A stretch of 64,000 nucleotides of DNA from an uncultured Clostridia bacterium (GTDB taxonomy: Bacteria; Bacillota; Clostridia; Oscillospirales; CAG-272), in NCBI GenBank assembly GCA_947630625.1, contig CANRIL010000011.1, positions 2,065-66,064 of the forward strand, given 5' to 3'. The notes under the pieces are model-generated. The model saw only the letters and a program-made list of their open reading frames with translations, was not told the DNA's origin and searched no databases. Each line of letters starts with the position of its first letter. Position 1 is the first letter of the stretch. Both the position numbers and the translations under genes were made by a program. Below are positions 37,096 to 46,515 of the stretch, in pieces.

Positions 37096-37132
37096 AAATA
37101 TGATTATAATCTGGACTATAGGAGGCAGCAGC

Positions 37133-38656
37133 TTGAAACGCATCGCGGTCTGCTTTTTGTTTGCCGTCGCGGCGGCGCTGCTGTCGCTGAATGTTTTCGC
37201 GGAGGAGCCTTCGCCGGCGGAGGCAGAGGAACTGACGATTTCGCTGTCATGCCCCGGCGTTGACACAGGTCATATACTCGACCGAAACGAAACATCGTAC
37301 ACAAAGGTGCCGTCTGTCACGCTGTCATCAGACTCCCCTGTGTATTCGCTCTATATCGAATTTGACCGCATATTCGGCGAGTGGTCATTGTCGGACGGCT
37401 CCGTTTCCGTCGTCTGCGGGAAGGACGGATTCCTTCACGAATACGTTGATGTCGCCTCCGCGTTCGGTTACGCGCCAAAAAAGCTCACGCTTACATTCAC
37501 CGGCACCGAGGCGTCCGTCTCCGAGATCTACGCATTCGGGAACGGGGAGCTGCCCTCGTGGGTGCAGGTCTGGGAGCCGCCGTGCGAGCGCGCCGACCTT
37601 GTGCTGTTCTCGACGCATGTCGACGACGAACAGCTTTTTTTCGCCGGTATCCTGCCTTATTATGCGGGTGAACGGAAGCTTGCCGTCGAGGTCGTTTATT
37701 TTACGACGCCCTTCACGTACCACAACCGCCAGCACGAGCAGTTAAACGGGCTTTGGACTGTCGGCGTGCGCAGCTACCCAATATCGGGCGAGTTCATAGA
37801 CGCATATTCCGAGACCGCGAAAAAGGCGTACAGCGATCAGGAGCAGTACGGATTCTCGCGCGACGATATGGTTTTGTTTCAGGTTGAAATGATCCGCCGC
37901 TTCCGCCCGCACGTCATCGTCGGTCACGACATAAACGGCGAATACAGCCACGGGCAGCACATCATCAACTGCGAAACGCTGATGGAGGCGCTTCCGCTCG
38001 CCGCGGATGAGACGTTCGCCCCCGACTCCGCCGAAGAGTTCGGCGTCTGGGACACGCCGAAAACGTATATCCACCTTTGGAAAGAAAACGAGATCATCAT
38101 GGACTGGGACACGCCGCTTGAGGCGTTCGGCGGGAAGACGGCGTTCGAGGTCACGCAGGAAGGGTTCCTCTGCCACAAATCGCAACAGTGGACGTGGTTC
38201 CGGAACTGGATATTCGGCAAGAACAATACGATAAAAAAGGCCTCGCAGATAAAGTCGTATTCGCCGTGCAAATACGGGCTTTATAGGTCTACGGTCGGCG
38301 CGGACGAAAAAGGCGGGGACATGTTTGAAAACATCCCTTTATCATATGCCGAAATAAAGGCGGAGGAGGAGCGGCAGGCGCTCCTTGAAAGCGCCGCCGA
38401 ATCCGAGCGCATCAGCCTTGAGGAAAGCCGGATCGAGTCGGCGCTGCTGGCAGAGGAAGAATCAAGGAGGGCGGAATCTGAAGCGGAGGCGAACCGCGGA
38501 ACGCTTCCGCCGGAAGAACCCTCCGAAACCGGGGAAAACGACCGCGACAAAACGCGCCCGGCGACAGGAGTTTTTATCGTTGCCGCCTCAGCCGTTCTCG
38601 GCGCGGCGCTCATAATTCCGCAGATAACATCGGGAAAGAAGAAAAGAAGGAAATGA
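37133..38656 (+). CDS. PIG-L/LmbE-family N-acetylglucosaminyl deacetylase, secreted, with an acidic coiled-coil linker and a C-terminal TM anchor
   Basis: TTG 37133 lies 7 nt after AGGAGG, and the signal peptide is KRIAVCFLFAVAAALLSLNVFA. ADLVLFSTHVDDEQLFFAG and HDINGEYSHGQH are PIG-L metal-binding motifs. The tail is a TM span plus GKKKRRK. The track start at 36779 is an extension. Confidence 0.7.
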   Translation: MKRIAVCFLFAVAAALLSLNVFAEEPSPAEAEELTISLSCPGVDTGHILDRNETSYTKVPSVTLSSDSPVYSLYIEFDRIFGEWSLSDGSVSVVCGKDGFLHEYVDVASAFGYAPKKLTLTFTGTEASVSEIYAFGNGELPSWVQVWEPPCERADLVLFSTHVDDEQLFFAGILPYYAGERKLAVEVVYFTTPFTYHNRQHEQLNGLWTVGVRSYPISGEFIDAYSETAKKAYSDQEQYGFSRDDMVLFQVEMIRRFRPHVIVGHDINGEYSHGQHIINCETLMEALPLAADETFAPDSAEEFGVWDTPKTYIHLWKENEIIMDWDTPLEAFGGKTAFEVTQEGFLCHKSQQWTWFRNWIFGKNNTIKKASQIKSYSPCKYGLYRSTVGADEKGGDMFENIPLSYAEIKAEEERQALLESAAESERISLEESRIESALLAEEESRRAESEAEANRGTLPPEEPSETGENDRDKTRPATGVFIVAASAVLGAALIIPQITSGKKKRRK

Positions 38657-38683
38657 CGCAGCCTTAGCCGCGTTTTTCATGAA

Positions 38684-39784
38684 ATGGGAAAATATAATTT
38701 TACACTCGTTATACCGTCACTTGACCCGGACGAAAGGCTCGCCGCAACGGTTCGTTCCGCCGTCGACGCCGGGATAGACGACATAATCCTCGTTGACGAC
38801 GGCAGCCGCGAAGAATGCCGCAAAATTTTTCTCGACCTCGACCGTGAATTTTCTACGGTGACGCTTCTAAGCCACGAGAAAAATCTCGGCAAGGGCGCGG
38901 CGCTCAAGACGGCGTTCACGTATTTTCTCGCCCGCGGCGATGATAGCCGCGGCGTCGTCACCGCGGACGGGGACGGACAGCACAGGACCGAGGATATTAT
39001 CGCGTGCGCCGAGGAGATGGAGCGCACCGAAAACGTCATTCTCGGCTGCCGCGATTTTTCGCTCGACAACGTCCCGAAAAAGAGCAGATTCGGCAACAAA
39101 ACGACATCTTTCGTCTTCCGCCTCTTCTGCGGGATGAAAATTTCCGACACGCAGACCGGGCTCCGCGCGATCCCCGCGCGCTACATAAAAGATATGCTGA
39201 ACGTCAGCGGCTCAAGATACGAGTTCGAAACGAACATGCTGCTTTATATGGGGCAGAACGACATTCCGTATAGCGAGGTAAAGATCTCCACCGTCTACTA
39301 CGACAACAACAGCGCATCGCATTTCCGCCCGATCGTCGACTCAATACGCGTTTACGGGCTGATACTCAAGTATGTCGCAAGCTCGATGTTTGCGTCCGCC
39401 GTCGACATAGTAATGTTTTTTCTGTTCGGTCAGTTCGTCTTCAACGGCGGCGGCCGGCTTGACGTGCTGCTCACGACGGCGTGCGCGCGCGTCATATCGT
39501 CTGCCGTCAATTTCATGACAAACCGAAAGCTCGTCTTCAAGAGCCGCGCGGGCGCGGGGAAAACGCTTGTGCGCTATATCTGCGTCGCCTTCCCCGTGAT
39601 GCTCGCGTCATGGCTCATCGTGTACCTGCTCTCCGAGTTGTTAGCCCTCATATTCGGCGTTGAGGCGATAAAGCACATCGGAAGAACGGCTGTAAAGATA
39701 CCAGTCGACGCGATGTTGTTCTTCGTCAGCTTCAGGGCACAGCGAAAGTGGGTATTTGCCGAGAAAAACGAATCGAGGAGGTAA
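38684..39784 (+). CDS. Family 2 glycosyltransferase fused to a GtrA-like membrane domain (polyprenyl-phosphate sugar synthase type)
   Basis: FTLVIPSLDPDE, VDDGS and TADGDGQH (DxD-like), with QTGLRA. The C-terminal four-TM segment has a GtrA-type motif (NFMTNRKLVF). Confidence 0.8.
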   Translation: MGKYNFTLVIPSLDPDERLAATVRSAVDAGIDDIILVDDGSREECRKIFLDLDREFSTVTLLSHEKNLGKGAALKTAFTYFLARGDDSRGVVTADGDGQHRTEDIIACAEEMERTENVILGCRDFSLDNVPKKSRFGNKTTSFVFRLFCGMKISDTQTGLRAIPARYIKDMLNVSGSRYEFETNMLLYMGQNDIPYSEVKISTVYYDNNSASHFRPIVDSIRVYGLILKYVASSMFASAVDIVMFFLFGQFVFNGGGRLDVLLTTACARVISSAVNFMTNRKLVFKSRAGAGKTLVRYICVAFPVMLASWLIVYLLSELLALIFGVEAIKHIGRTAVKIPVDAMLFFVSFRAQRKWVFAEKNESRR

Positions 39785-39787
39785 TCC

Positions 39788-41602
39788 ATGAACGACAACG
39801 GTTATAAGCGCCGCCCTTCAAGGGAAGGCGCGCCTCAGCCGTCTGACATAATAGAAAATAATATCTCCGACCCCGGCACGGGCGAGCAGCAGCCCCGCCC
39901 CGCCGCAAATCAGGGCGAGCCGCGCAGGAATCCAGTCGATCCCGCACAGCCGGGCGAGCAGCGCAGAATTCCAGCCGACCCTGCTCAGTCAGGCGAGCCG
40001 CGAAGAAATCCAACCGCTCCCGCTCAGCCGGGCGAACAGCGCAGAAACCCAACTGCTCCCGCTCAGTCAGGCGAGCCGCGCAGAACCTCAGCCGCTCCCG
40101 CTCAGCCTGGCGAGCCGCGCAGGAATCCGAATGTCTCAGCGCAATCGGGCGAGGCGGGTGAGCCGCGCAGAATTCCACGCCCCACAGCACAGCCGGGCGA
40201 GCCGCGCAGGACACCGACCGCCGCTCAGCCGGGCGAGACGGGGGAGCCGCGCAGAATTCCACGCCCCACAGCACAGCCGGGCGAACAGCGCAGGACACCG
40301 ACCGCCGCACAGCCGGGCGCGTCAAACGGAGCGCGCCGGGGAGCGAACACAGGCGCAGGACAGCGCCCGATCCCGCAGACGACGCCAAGACCTGTTATTG
40401 ACGACGATGACGAAGACGAGGACTTCGACGCATTTGCCGCGCGCCTTAATTCGCGCGGACGGCGCCGCCGCCGTTCGTCCACCATCATCGGGCGCATTCT
40501 GCTCGTAATATTCACCGTCATTTTCATCGTCCTCTTCGCCCTCGTCGCGCTTTGCCACACGCTTGTGAACGGTCCGAGTGAGACGGTGCGCGACAAGCTT
40601 GTGCTCTCCGCGATGCAGGCGAGCGCGACAAAGTGGCTGCCCGGTCTTTTCCTTGACGACGAGGTCGTACAGGAGATATGCGACCGCAGCAAGGTCGAAC
40701 AGCCGGTCACGATCCCGATGGGGACGCTGAATAACGGCTCCACGGAAACAGGCGATCCTAACCCCGGAGACAGCCCAAACACGGATAAACCTCCTGAAAC
40801 GGAGCCCGAGCCGGTCGACGAATGGGCTGACGCCGTTGACGGCATGATATATAAAACATACACGGGCGCGTCGTATAAGGCCTACATCCTCATCGTCCGC
40901 GACCCGTCCCGCGTCTACGTCGGGACATCGAGCGACTACAAGAGCGGCAAGATCGGCTCCCGCATATTCGATATTGTAAAGCGCGAGGGCGCCATCGCCG
41001 GCATCAACGCCGGAGAATTCTCCGACACGAACGGCATGGGCACGGGCAACACCCCGATCGGGCTGACGTATTCAAAGGGAAAATGCGTCTGGGACGACGG
41101 CGCGAAGCGCACCTTCATCGGATTTGACAACGACGGCGTGCTCCACGCAGTCGAAAAAATGAGTCGGGACGAAGCTGAATCGCTCGGCATACGCGACGCC
41201 GTATCATTCCAGACCGGCAACGTCCTGATCTCAAACGACGGCGAAAAGGTCACTCTCCACTACGCGGAGGGCAACGTCGGGATGGCGCAGCGCACCGCGA
41301 TCGCGCAGCGCGCGGACGGCGCCGTCATTCTCGTCGTCACGGACGGGCGCTCCGCATCGAGCCTCGGCGCGACGCGCAACGACATCATTGATCTGCTCGT
41401 CTCCGAGGGCGCCGTCGTCGCCGGCATGCTTGACGGCGGCTCATCCTCGATGATGTATTACGAAGACTACTATATAAAATACGACATCGACACGTCGACG
41501 CTCGACGAATATCAGCGTCAGGGACTCACAAACAGGTATAAGGCGTTCACGAAACCGCGCCATATGCCGACGTTCTTCCTTGTCTCGCCTGAAGGCGGCT
41601 GA
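39788..41602 (+). CDS. Phosphodiester glycosidase family protein (DUF2233/NAGPA-like) with a repeat-rich basic N-terminal tail and one TM
   Basis: AGGAGG RBS. Residues about 32-178 are PAQPGEPRRNP-type repeats, followed by DDDDEDEDFD, a TM span (IIGRILLVIFTVIFIVLFALVAL) and the extracytoplasmic domain ending with LDGGSSSMMYY. Confidence 0.7.
   Translation: MNDNGYKRRPSREGAPQPSDIIENNISDPGTGEQQPRPAANQGEPRRNPVDPAQPGEQRRIPADPAQSGEPRRNPTAPAQPGEQRRNPTAPAQSGEPRRTSAAPAQPGEPRRNPNVSAQSGEAGEPRRIPRPTAQPGEPRRTPTAAQPGETGEPRRIPRPTAQPGEQRRTPTAAQPGASNGARRGANTGAGQRPIPQTTPRPVIDDDDEDEDFDAFAARLNSRGRRRRRSSTIIGRILLVIFTVIFIVLFALVALCHTLVNGPSETVRDKLVLSAMQASATKWLPGLFLDDEVVQEICDRSKVEQPVTIPMGTLNNGSTETGDPNPGDSPNTDKPPETEPEPVDEWADAVDGMIYKTYTGASYKAYILIVRDPSRVYVGTSSDYKSGKIGSRIFDIVKREGAIAGINAGEFSDTNGMGTGNTPIGLTYSKGKCVWDDGAKRTFIGFDNDGVLHAVEKMSRDEAESLGIRDAVSFQTGNVLISNDGEKVTLHYAEGNVGMAQRTAIAQRADGAVILVVTDGRSASSLGATRNDIIDLLVSEGAVVAGMLDGGSSSMMYYEDYYIKYDIDTSTLDEYQRQGLTNRYKAFTKPRHMPTFFLVSPEGG
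39881..40321 (+). repeat. In-frame coding tandem repeats (39-nt units, then a duplication of about 87 nt)
   Basis: GE[PQ]RR[NIT]P..PAQ[PS] is reiterated about 10 times. GE(A/T)GEPRRIPRPTAQPGE(P/Q)RRTPTAAQP is duplicated almost exactly. Confidence 0.85.
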
Positions 41603-41634
41603 CACACCGAAAATAAACTAAGGAGGCAAAATAC

Positions 41635-42801
41635 GTGGCAATTAAAAAAAGCTCCGGCTACGGCTTTCATATACCGCGCTTTTACGTGATATATCTCGCC
41701 GTGACCGTCGCCGTCGTACTTATAATAATCGCCTCGCTCGGTGTCGTCTCCAACAGGCTCGCCGAATACGAGGACACGCAGCCGAAATACGTCGCCGCGG
41801 AGGTCTTCTCCCGCTATTTCGAGCCCGCCGTCAACTACGACGCGCTGCTTGCGGACGCGCGCTATGACCACAGCGCCGGTACGCCCGAAATGATAAAGCT
41901 CTATCTCGTCGACGAGATAGGAAACGAGCCGATAACGTATTCGATCGGCTCTTCAAACGACACCGACGAGGTAAAGTTCATCGTCCTTGCCGGTTCAAAG
42001 CAGCTCGCCTCGATAAATCTTAAGCCGATGGAAGAAAAGACGGAACACGGCTACACGCAGTACGAATTTTCCTACATCGAGCTCTACATCAATTCCGACA
42101 GCGGCGACACGCCGCCGGAAACGAGCGAGCTTCCGACGCTGCTTACAGTCTCGTTTGACATTCCCTCATACTGCACTGTAACGGTCGACGGCGCAGCCCT
42201 CAAGGAAGACGACATCTTTGAGCGGCACATGCGCACCGACGCGCTCAAATATTATCCGAGCGACGCGCACAACACAGGCGGAGTCGAATACACGATATAC
42301 AAGCTGAACACGCTTGAAGAGCTGCCGGAAAGCGTCGTCGTCACCGACCCGGAGGGGACGGAGGCGGAGGTAACGTTTGACTCCGACACAAACACATACA
42401 CGGCTGACATAACGTATTCTGTCGCGCTCGCGGAGGAATACTCCGAGTTCGTCACGGAGGCGATCGAGAGCTATGCGGCGTTTGTCCAGCGCGTGCCCGG
42501 AACGAGCCTTTCAAAGCTGAAAAAGAGCGGCAGCTTCGACCTCAACTCCGATGTCTACGCTGACATCGAGGAGGCGGCAAAGTCGATATGGATGGTGACA
42601 ACGCCGTCCGGCAACGACTTTGAAAACGTCTACATCGGCGAATTTTTTGCGCACACCGACAGCATATTCTCGTGTCATATCTCATTTACGCAGCTCCTGC
42701 ACCGCGACGGGAACGAAGACTATCCGGATCAGATAAACATGTACGTCTTCCTGCACAAGGTCGACGACAAATATCAGATATATGAGTGGTACAACGCTTA
42801 A
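41635..42801 (+). CDS. Hypothetical membrane-anchored extracytoplasmic protein
   Basis: GTG start 8 nt after AAGGAGG. N-terminal TM span YVIYLAVTVAVVLIIIASLGVV. No family was recognised. Confidence 0.5.
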   Translation: MAIKKSSGYGFHIPRFYVIYLAVTVAVVLIIIASLGVVSNRLAEYEDTQPKYVAAEVFSRYFEPAVNYDALLADARYDHSAGTPEMIKLYLVDEIGNEPITYSIGSSNDTDEVKFIVLAGSKQLASINLKPMEEKTEHGYTQYEFSYIELYINSDSGDTPPETSELPTLLTVSFDIPSYCTVTVDGAALKEDDIFERHMRTDALKYYPSDAHNTGGVEYTIYKLNTLEELPESVVVTDPEGTEAEVTFDSDTNTYTADITYSVALAEEYSEFVTEAIESYAAFVQRVPGTSLSKLKKSGSFDLNSDVYADIEEAAKSIWMVTTPSGNDFENVYIGEFFAHTDSIFSCHISFTQLLHRDGNEDYPDQINMYVFLHKVDDKYQIYEWYNA

Positions 42802-42813
42802 GGAGGCCGGAGC

Positions 42814-43368
42814 ATGAACATAGGTGAGCTTGCGATACTTGACTTTATCGCAGAGCATATGCGCTGCGGATTTCTCGACTTTCTGATGCCGAAGATCACG
42901 CTGCTCGGAGATGCGGGCATATTCTGGATAATCCTCGCCGTCGCGCTCCTGATCCCGAAAAAGACGCGCAAGACGGGGCTGATGATGGCAGTCGCGCTGA
43001 TTTTAGGGCTCATCGTCTGCAACATCACGATCAAACCTCTCGTCGCCCGCGTGCGTCCTTACGATGTCAAGGGCATAATGCCGTATCTATGCGAGGTGCA
43101 GAAGGATTTCTCGTTCCCGTCCGGACATACGACCGCGAGCTTCGAGGGGGCGACAGTCATTCTGCTTCGCCACCGCAAATGGGGCATTGCGGCTTGTGTG
43201 CTCGCCGCGCTTATCGCGTTTTCGAGAATGTACCTTTACGTACACTACCCGACCGATATTCTTGCCGGACTCGTGCTCGGCGTCCTGTTCGGATTCCTCG
43301 GCGTCTTAATCGTCAACAAACTCGACGACTACATAACGAAGCTGAAGGCAGGGGCGGAGGCAAAATAG
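42814..43368 (+). CDS. PAP2-family phosphatase (undecaprenyl-diphosphate / lipid phosphate phosphatase-like)
   Basis: The motifs KPLVARVRP, FPSGHT and SRMYLYVHYPTDILAG correspond to the PAP2 motifs KxxxxxxRP, PSGH and SRxxxxxHxxxD. Confidence 0.85.
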   Translation: MNIGELAILDFIAEHMRCGFLDFLMPKITLLGDAGIFWIILAVALLIPKKTRKTGLMMAVALILGLIVCNITIKPLVARVRPYDVKGIMPYLCEVQKDFSFPSGHTTASFEGATVILLRHRKWGIAACVLAALIAFSRMYLYVHYPTDILAGLVLGVLFGFLGVLIVNKLDDYITKLKAGAEAK

Positions 43369-43406
43369 TAATCTCCCTCTTTTCAAATCAGCATCTTAAA
43401 AACAAA

Positions 43407-43456
43407 CCGCCCTTCCGCGAGATCAGCGCGGAAGGGCGGCCTTTTGTTTGATTTTC
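43407..43456. terminator. Bidirectional rho-independent terminator
   Basis: ccgcccttccgcg / agatcag / cgcggaagggcgg is followed by ccTTTTgTTTgaTTTT. Confidence 0.7.
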
Positions 43457-43461
43457 AATTT

Positions 43462-43731
43462 CTATTCCCACCTGTGCGGGATATCGGGGCAGTTCTGCGC
43501 TTGCTTTGCGGCGCGCACCTCGACGAAGCATCCGCAGAGCGCGCACATCCCGTCCGTGAGATGTTCGCACGCGCGGCATATCGCCAGCCGTGCGGAATAT
43601 TCGTCCTTATCGCACCTGATCGAGTCGTCGAGCGACGAAATATATTCAAGCACCGTCCGATAAGTTCCGTCCCGATCGATTTCCGACAACAGACACCGCT
43701 TACATCGCGGGCGCGAATAGTCGCCGTCCAT
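43462..43731 (-). CDS. Small cysteine-rich protein (DUF6171-like; putative metal-binding)
   Basis: 89 aa with CKRC, C, CRAC and CALCGC clusters. Its start codon directly abuts the abfA stop. Confidence 0.5.
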   Translation of the reverse strand: MDGDYSRPRCKRCLLSEIDRDGTYRTVLEYISSLDDSIRCDKDEYSARLAICRACEHLTDGMCALCGCFVEVRAAKQAQNCPDIPHRWE

Positions 43732-45210
43732 TTACCGTTTTACCGTAATTCTCGCGACTGAGCAGGCGGGCAGCGTGAATGACAGCCCCTCGTCCGTGAG
43801 CTTTACGCCGTCGAAGTGCTCAGACTTGACGTTTTCCGGCGACTCAAACGTATTGAACGCATCCATTTTGTCCGTGATTATCTCGGCGTCGACGGACGCG
43901 GGCTTGTAACCGACAAGGATCGCGTCGATATCGCGCGCCTCCGTGCAGGAGAGATTGCAGACCGTGATATTGAGGTTGCCCTCCGCGTCGATCGACGCCG
44001 ATTCGGAAAGATCGTCGGCGAGGTTTTTCTCGTCTACGCCGATCTTGTTCTTCTCTATGAAGCTTCCGACGAGCGTCGCGTCCTGATGCGGCGCGTACAT
44101 TTTGAATACGTAGTAAGTCGGCGTGAGCAGCATCTTCTCGCCGTCCGTGAGGATGACGGACTGGAGCACGTTGATGAGCTGCGCGATGTTCGCCATTCTG
44201 ACGCGCGCGCTGTGCTTGTTGAATATGTTGAGGTTGACTCCGGCGACAACGGCGTCGCGGATCGTGTTCTGCTGGTAGAGGAAGCCGGGATTTGTGCCGG
44301 GCTCGACATCAAACCAGTTGCCCCACTCGTCAACGATGAGGGCGACGCGGCGGCGCGGGTCGTAGCGGTCCATTATGTGCTCGTGCCCGGTGATGATGTC
44401 TTCCATTTCGAGCGTCTTCTTCATCGTGAGGTACCACTCTTTTTCGTCAAAAGCGGTGGCAGAACCCTTGTGGTTCCAGTCGTGGCAGATCGTATAGTAA
44501 TGCAGCGACAAGCCGTTCATCTGGTGGCCTGCCTGCTTCATCAGCACCTCAGTCCAGTTGTAGTCGCCCGCGTTAGGTCCGCACGCGATCTTATAAAGGT
44601 GATTCTCGCCGTAGTTGCGGCAGAAATTCGCGTAACGGCGGTATTCGTCAGCGTAATATTCCGGACGCATCAGTCCGCCGCAGCCCCAGCTCTCGTTTCC
44701 GATGCCGATAAACCGGACGCCCCAGGGCTCCGGGTGTCCGTTCTTTGCGCGGAGAGCTGCCATGGGAGATGTACCGTCGAAATTCATGTATTCGATCCAC
44801 TCCGACATTTCCTGAACGGTGCCGCTTCCGACGTTTGCGTTTATGTACGGCTCGCACCCGATCTGGCGGCAGAGCTCCAGAAATTCATGCGTGCCGAAGC
44901 TGTTGTCCTCGGTGACGCCGCCCCAGTTCGTGTTTACCATGCGCTTGCGGCTCTCCTTGGGACCGATGCCGTCCATCCAGTGGTACTCGTCGGCAAAGCA
45001 GCCGCCCGGCCAGCGAAGCACAGGCAGCTTCATGTCGCGGAGCGCCCTGACGATATCGCTTCTCATCCCCGCCTCATTCGGGATCGGCGAATTTTCACCG
45101 ACATAGACGCCGTTATAAATACATCTTCCGAGGTGCTCGGAGAAATTGCCGTAGATATTCTTATTTATACGGCTTCTTTTGTCGTAAGTGTTGATAACGA
45201 GTTTGCTCAT
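43732..45210 (-). CDS. abfA: Alpha-L-arabinofuranosidase, GH51
   Basis: [45 protein letters not shown] (acid/base Glu) and IVDEWG (nucleophile Glu region). Confidence 0.9.
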   Translation of the reverse strand: MSKLVINTYDKRSRINKNIYGNFSEHLGRCIYNGVYVGENSPIPNEAGMRSDIVRALRDMKLPVLRWPGGCFADEYHWMDGIGPKESRKRMVNTNWGGVTEDNSFGTHEFLELCRQIGCEPYINANVGSGTVQEMSEWIEYMNFDGTSPMAALRAKNGHPEPWGVRFIGIGNESWGCGGLMRPEYYADEYRRYANFCRNYGENHLYKIACGPNAGDYNWTEVLMKQAGHQMNGLSLHYYTICHDWNHKGSATAFDEKEWYLTMKKTLEMEDIITGHEHIMDRYDPRRRVALIVDEWGNWFDVEPGTNPGFLYQQNTIRDAVVAGVNLNIFNKHSARVRMANIAQLINVLQSVILTDGEKMLLTPTYYVFKMYAPHQDATLVGSFIEKNKIGVDEKNLADDLSESASIDAEGNLNITVCNLSCTEARDIDAILVGYKPASVDAEIITDKMDAFNTFESPENVKSEHFDGVKLTDEGLSFTLPACSVARITVKR

Positions 45211-45453
45211 ACAAAAACCTTCCTGAGCGTGAAAAATTGCGTCTTCCGCATTCCTCGTACATTGTACCCGATGAGTTTCCTTTTGTCAACACAAAAAAGA
45301 ACCATTCGTCGGTTTTTTCCCGATTTTATATTCGCCCCGAAAAAAGCGCGGAATAACGCGATAAAAAATTTGAACCAAGGTGCAAGAGCCTATTGGCGGC
45401 GGCGGATTTTTGTGGTATCATCTATAATGTAAATATTAAAAGACACTGAAAGG

Positions 45454-46515
45454 ATGACGCATTTGCTCAATTACTTTGATTTATTATCCCGGCTGTCGTC
45501 AATGCGCAGTCTCGTCGGTCACGAAACGGCGGACAAAGACGCGCTCCCCGATCTTTTGTCGCCGCACTTTGACGAGTGGAGCCGTGACAACGTCGGGAAC
45601 CATATCTTTCACCGCCGCGCCGCCGAACCGGGCGCGCCGCGCCTGCTTATTGACGCGCACTTTGACGCCGTCGGTCTTATCGTCACCGACATAACGGACG
45701 AGGGGAACCTCCGCGTCACGCGGCTCGGCGGCGTCGACCGCCGAATACTCCCCGCCTCCGAGGTTACAGTATACGGCGACGAGCCGATCTACGGCGTCGT
45801 CGCCGCGACTCCGCCGCATCTGCTGAGCGGCGAGGCGCGCGAAAAAGTGGCCCCGATCGAGGACATGCTGATCGACACCGGGCATACAAAATCCGAGCTT
45901 GAGGCGCTCGGCGTCCGCATCGGGACGACGGTCGGCTACCGCGCGCCGTTTACACGCCTTCTCGGCGGCCGCGCCGCCGGCGTCGCGTTTGACGACAAAT
46001 CCTGCCTCGCGGCGGCGATCCTCGCCGTCGACATGATGGGAGACGACCGCGGGCGGTTCGATTTATATGTGACCGCTTCCGCGCAGGAGGAAACTGGGAT
46101 GTCAGGCGCTGAAAAGGCCGCGTTCGCGATAAAACCCGATCTCGCGCTCGTGCTCGACGTTGGATTTGCGTCGGCTCCGGGCTCGCCGGAGGAAAACGGA
46201 ACGTCCCCGCTCGGCTCCGGCGTCATCGTCTCATTCTCGGCGGTGACGAACGTGAAGCTGACGCGCCGCGTCATGCACATCGCCGACGATGCGGAGATAA
46301 AATACACCGTGTCGGCGGAGCCATCCGCCACGGGCACAAACGGCGACGATGTCACGCTTGCAGGTCCCGGCATCCCGACCGTCGTACTCGGAATACCGCT
46401 TCGCTCGATGCACACGCCGGGCGAAGTAATTGACGAGGCGGATGCCGTCGAGCTGGCGAAGCTCGTCTCTGCCATAATGCGCGACCGCGAACTGGAGGTA
46501 TGGTGCCGTGAGTAA
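45454..46515 (+). CDS. M42-family metallopeptidase (TET/FrvX/YsdC-like), paralogue 1
   Basis: [30 protein letters not shown] and [11 protein letters not shown] 45463 is an alternative start with better RBS spacing. Confidence 0.8.
   Translation: MTHLLNYFDLLSRLSSMRSLVGHETADKDALPDLLSPHFDEWSRDNVGNHIFHRRAAEPGAPRLLIDAHFDAVGLIVTDITDEGNLRVTRLGGVDRRILPASEVTVYGDEPIYGVVAATPPHLLSGEAREKVAPIEDMLIDTGHTKSELEALGVRIGTTVGYRAPFTRLLGGRAAGVAFDDKSCLAAAILAVDMMGDDRGRFDLYVTASAQEETGMSGAEKAAFAIKPDLALVLDVGFASAPGSPEENGTSPLGSGVIVSFSAVTNVKLTRRVMHIADDAEIKYTVSAEPSATGTNGDDVTLAGPGIPTVVLGIPLRSMHTPGEVIDEADAVELAKLVSAIMRDRELEVWCRE

Larger units (their letters stand above)
33640..37100. other. AT-rich island carrying a BceAB-like transporter; boundaries are approximate and no mobility genes are present
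   Basis: Base composition changes abruptly and visibly from GC-rich flanks to AT-rich sequence, and codon usage in the two ABC genes differs from all neighbours. Confidence 0.6.

Noticed and set aside
39732-40388. 218-aa minus-strand ORF with repeated SCAARPAVLWGVEFCAA units
   Set aside because: It is an artefact of reading the 39/87-nt coding tandem repeats of the phosphodiester glycosidase gene on the opposite strand. The plus-strand frame continues into a well-supported TM and catalytic domain.
43816-45432. 538-aa ORF antisense to abfA
   Set aside because: It overlaps the GH51 gene, whose catalytic motifs are clear, and has low-complexity R/V/A/D-rich composition. It is a shadow ORF.
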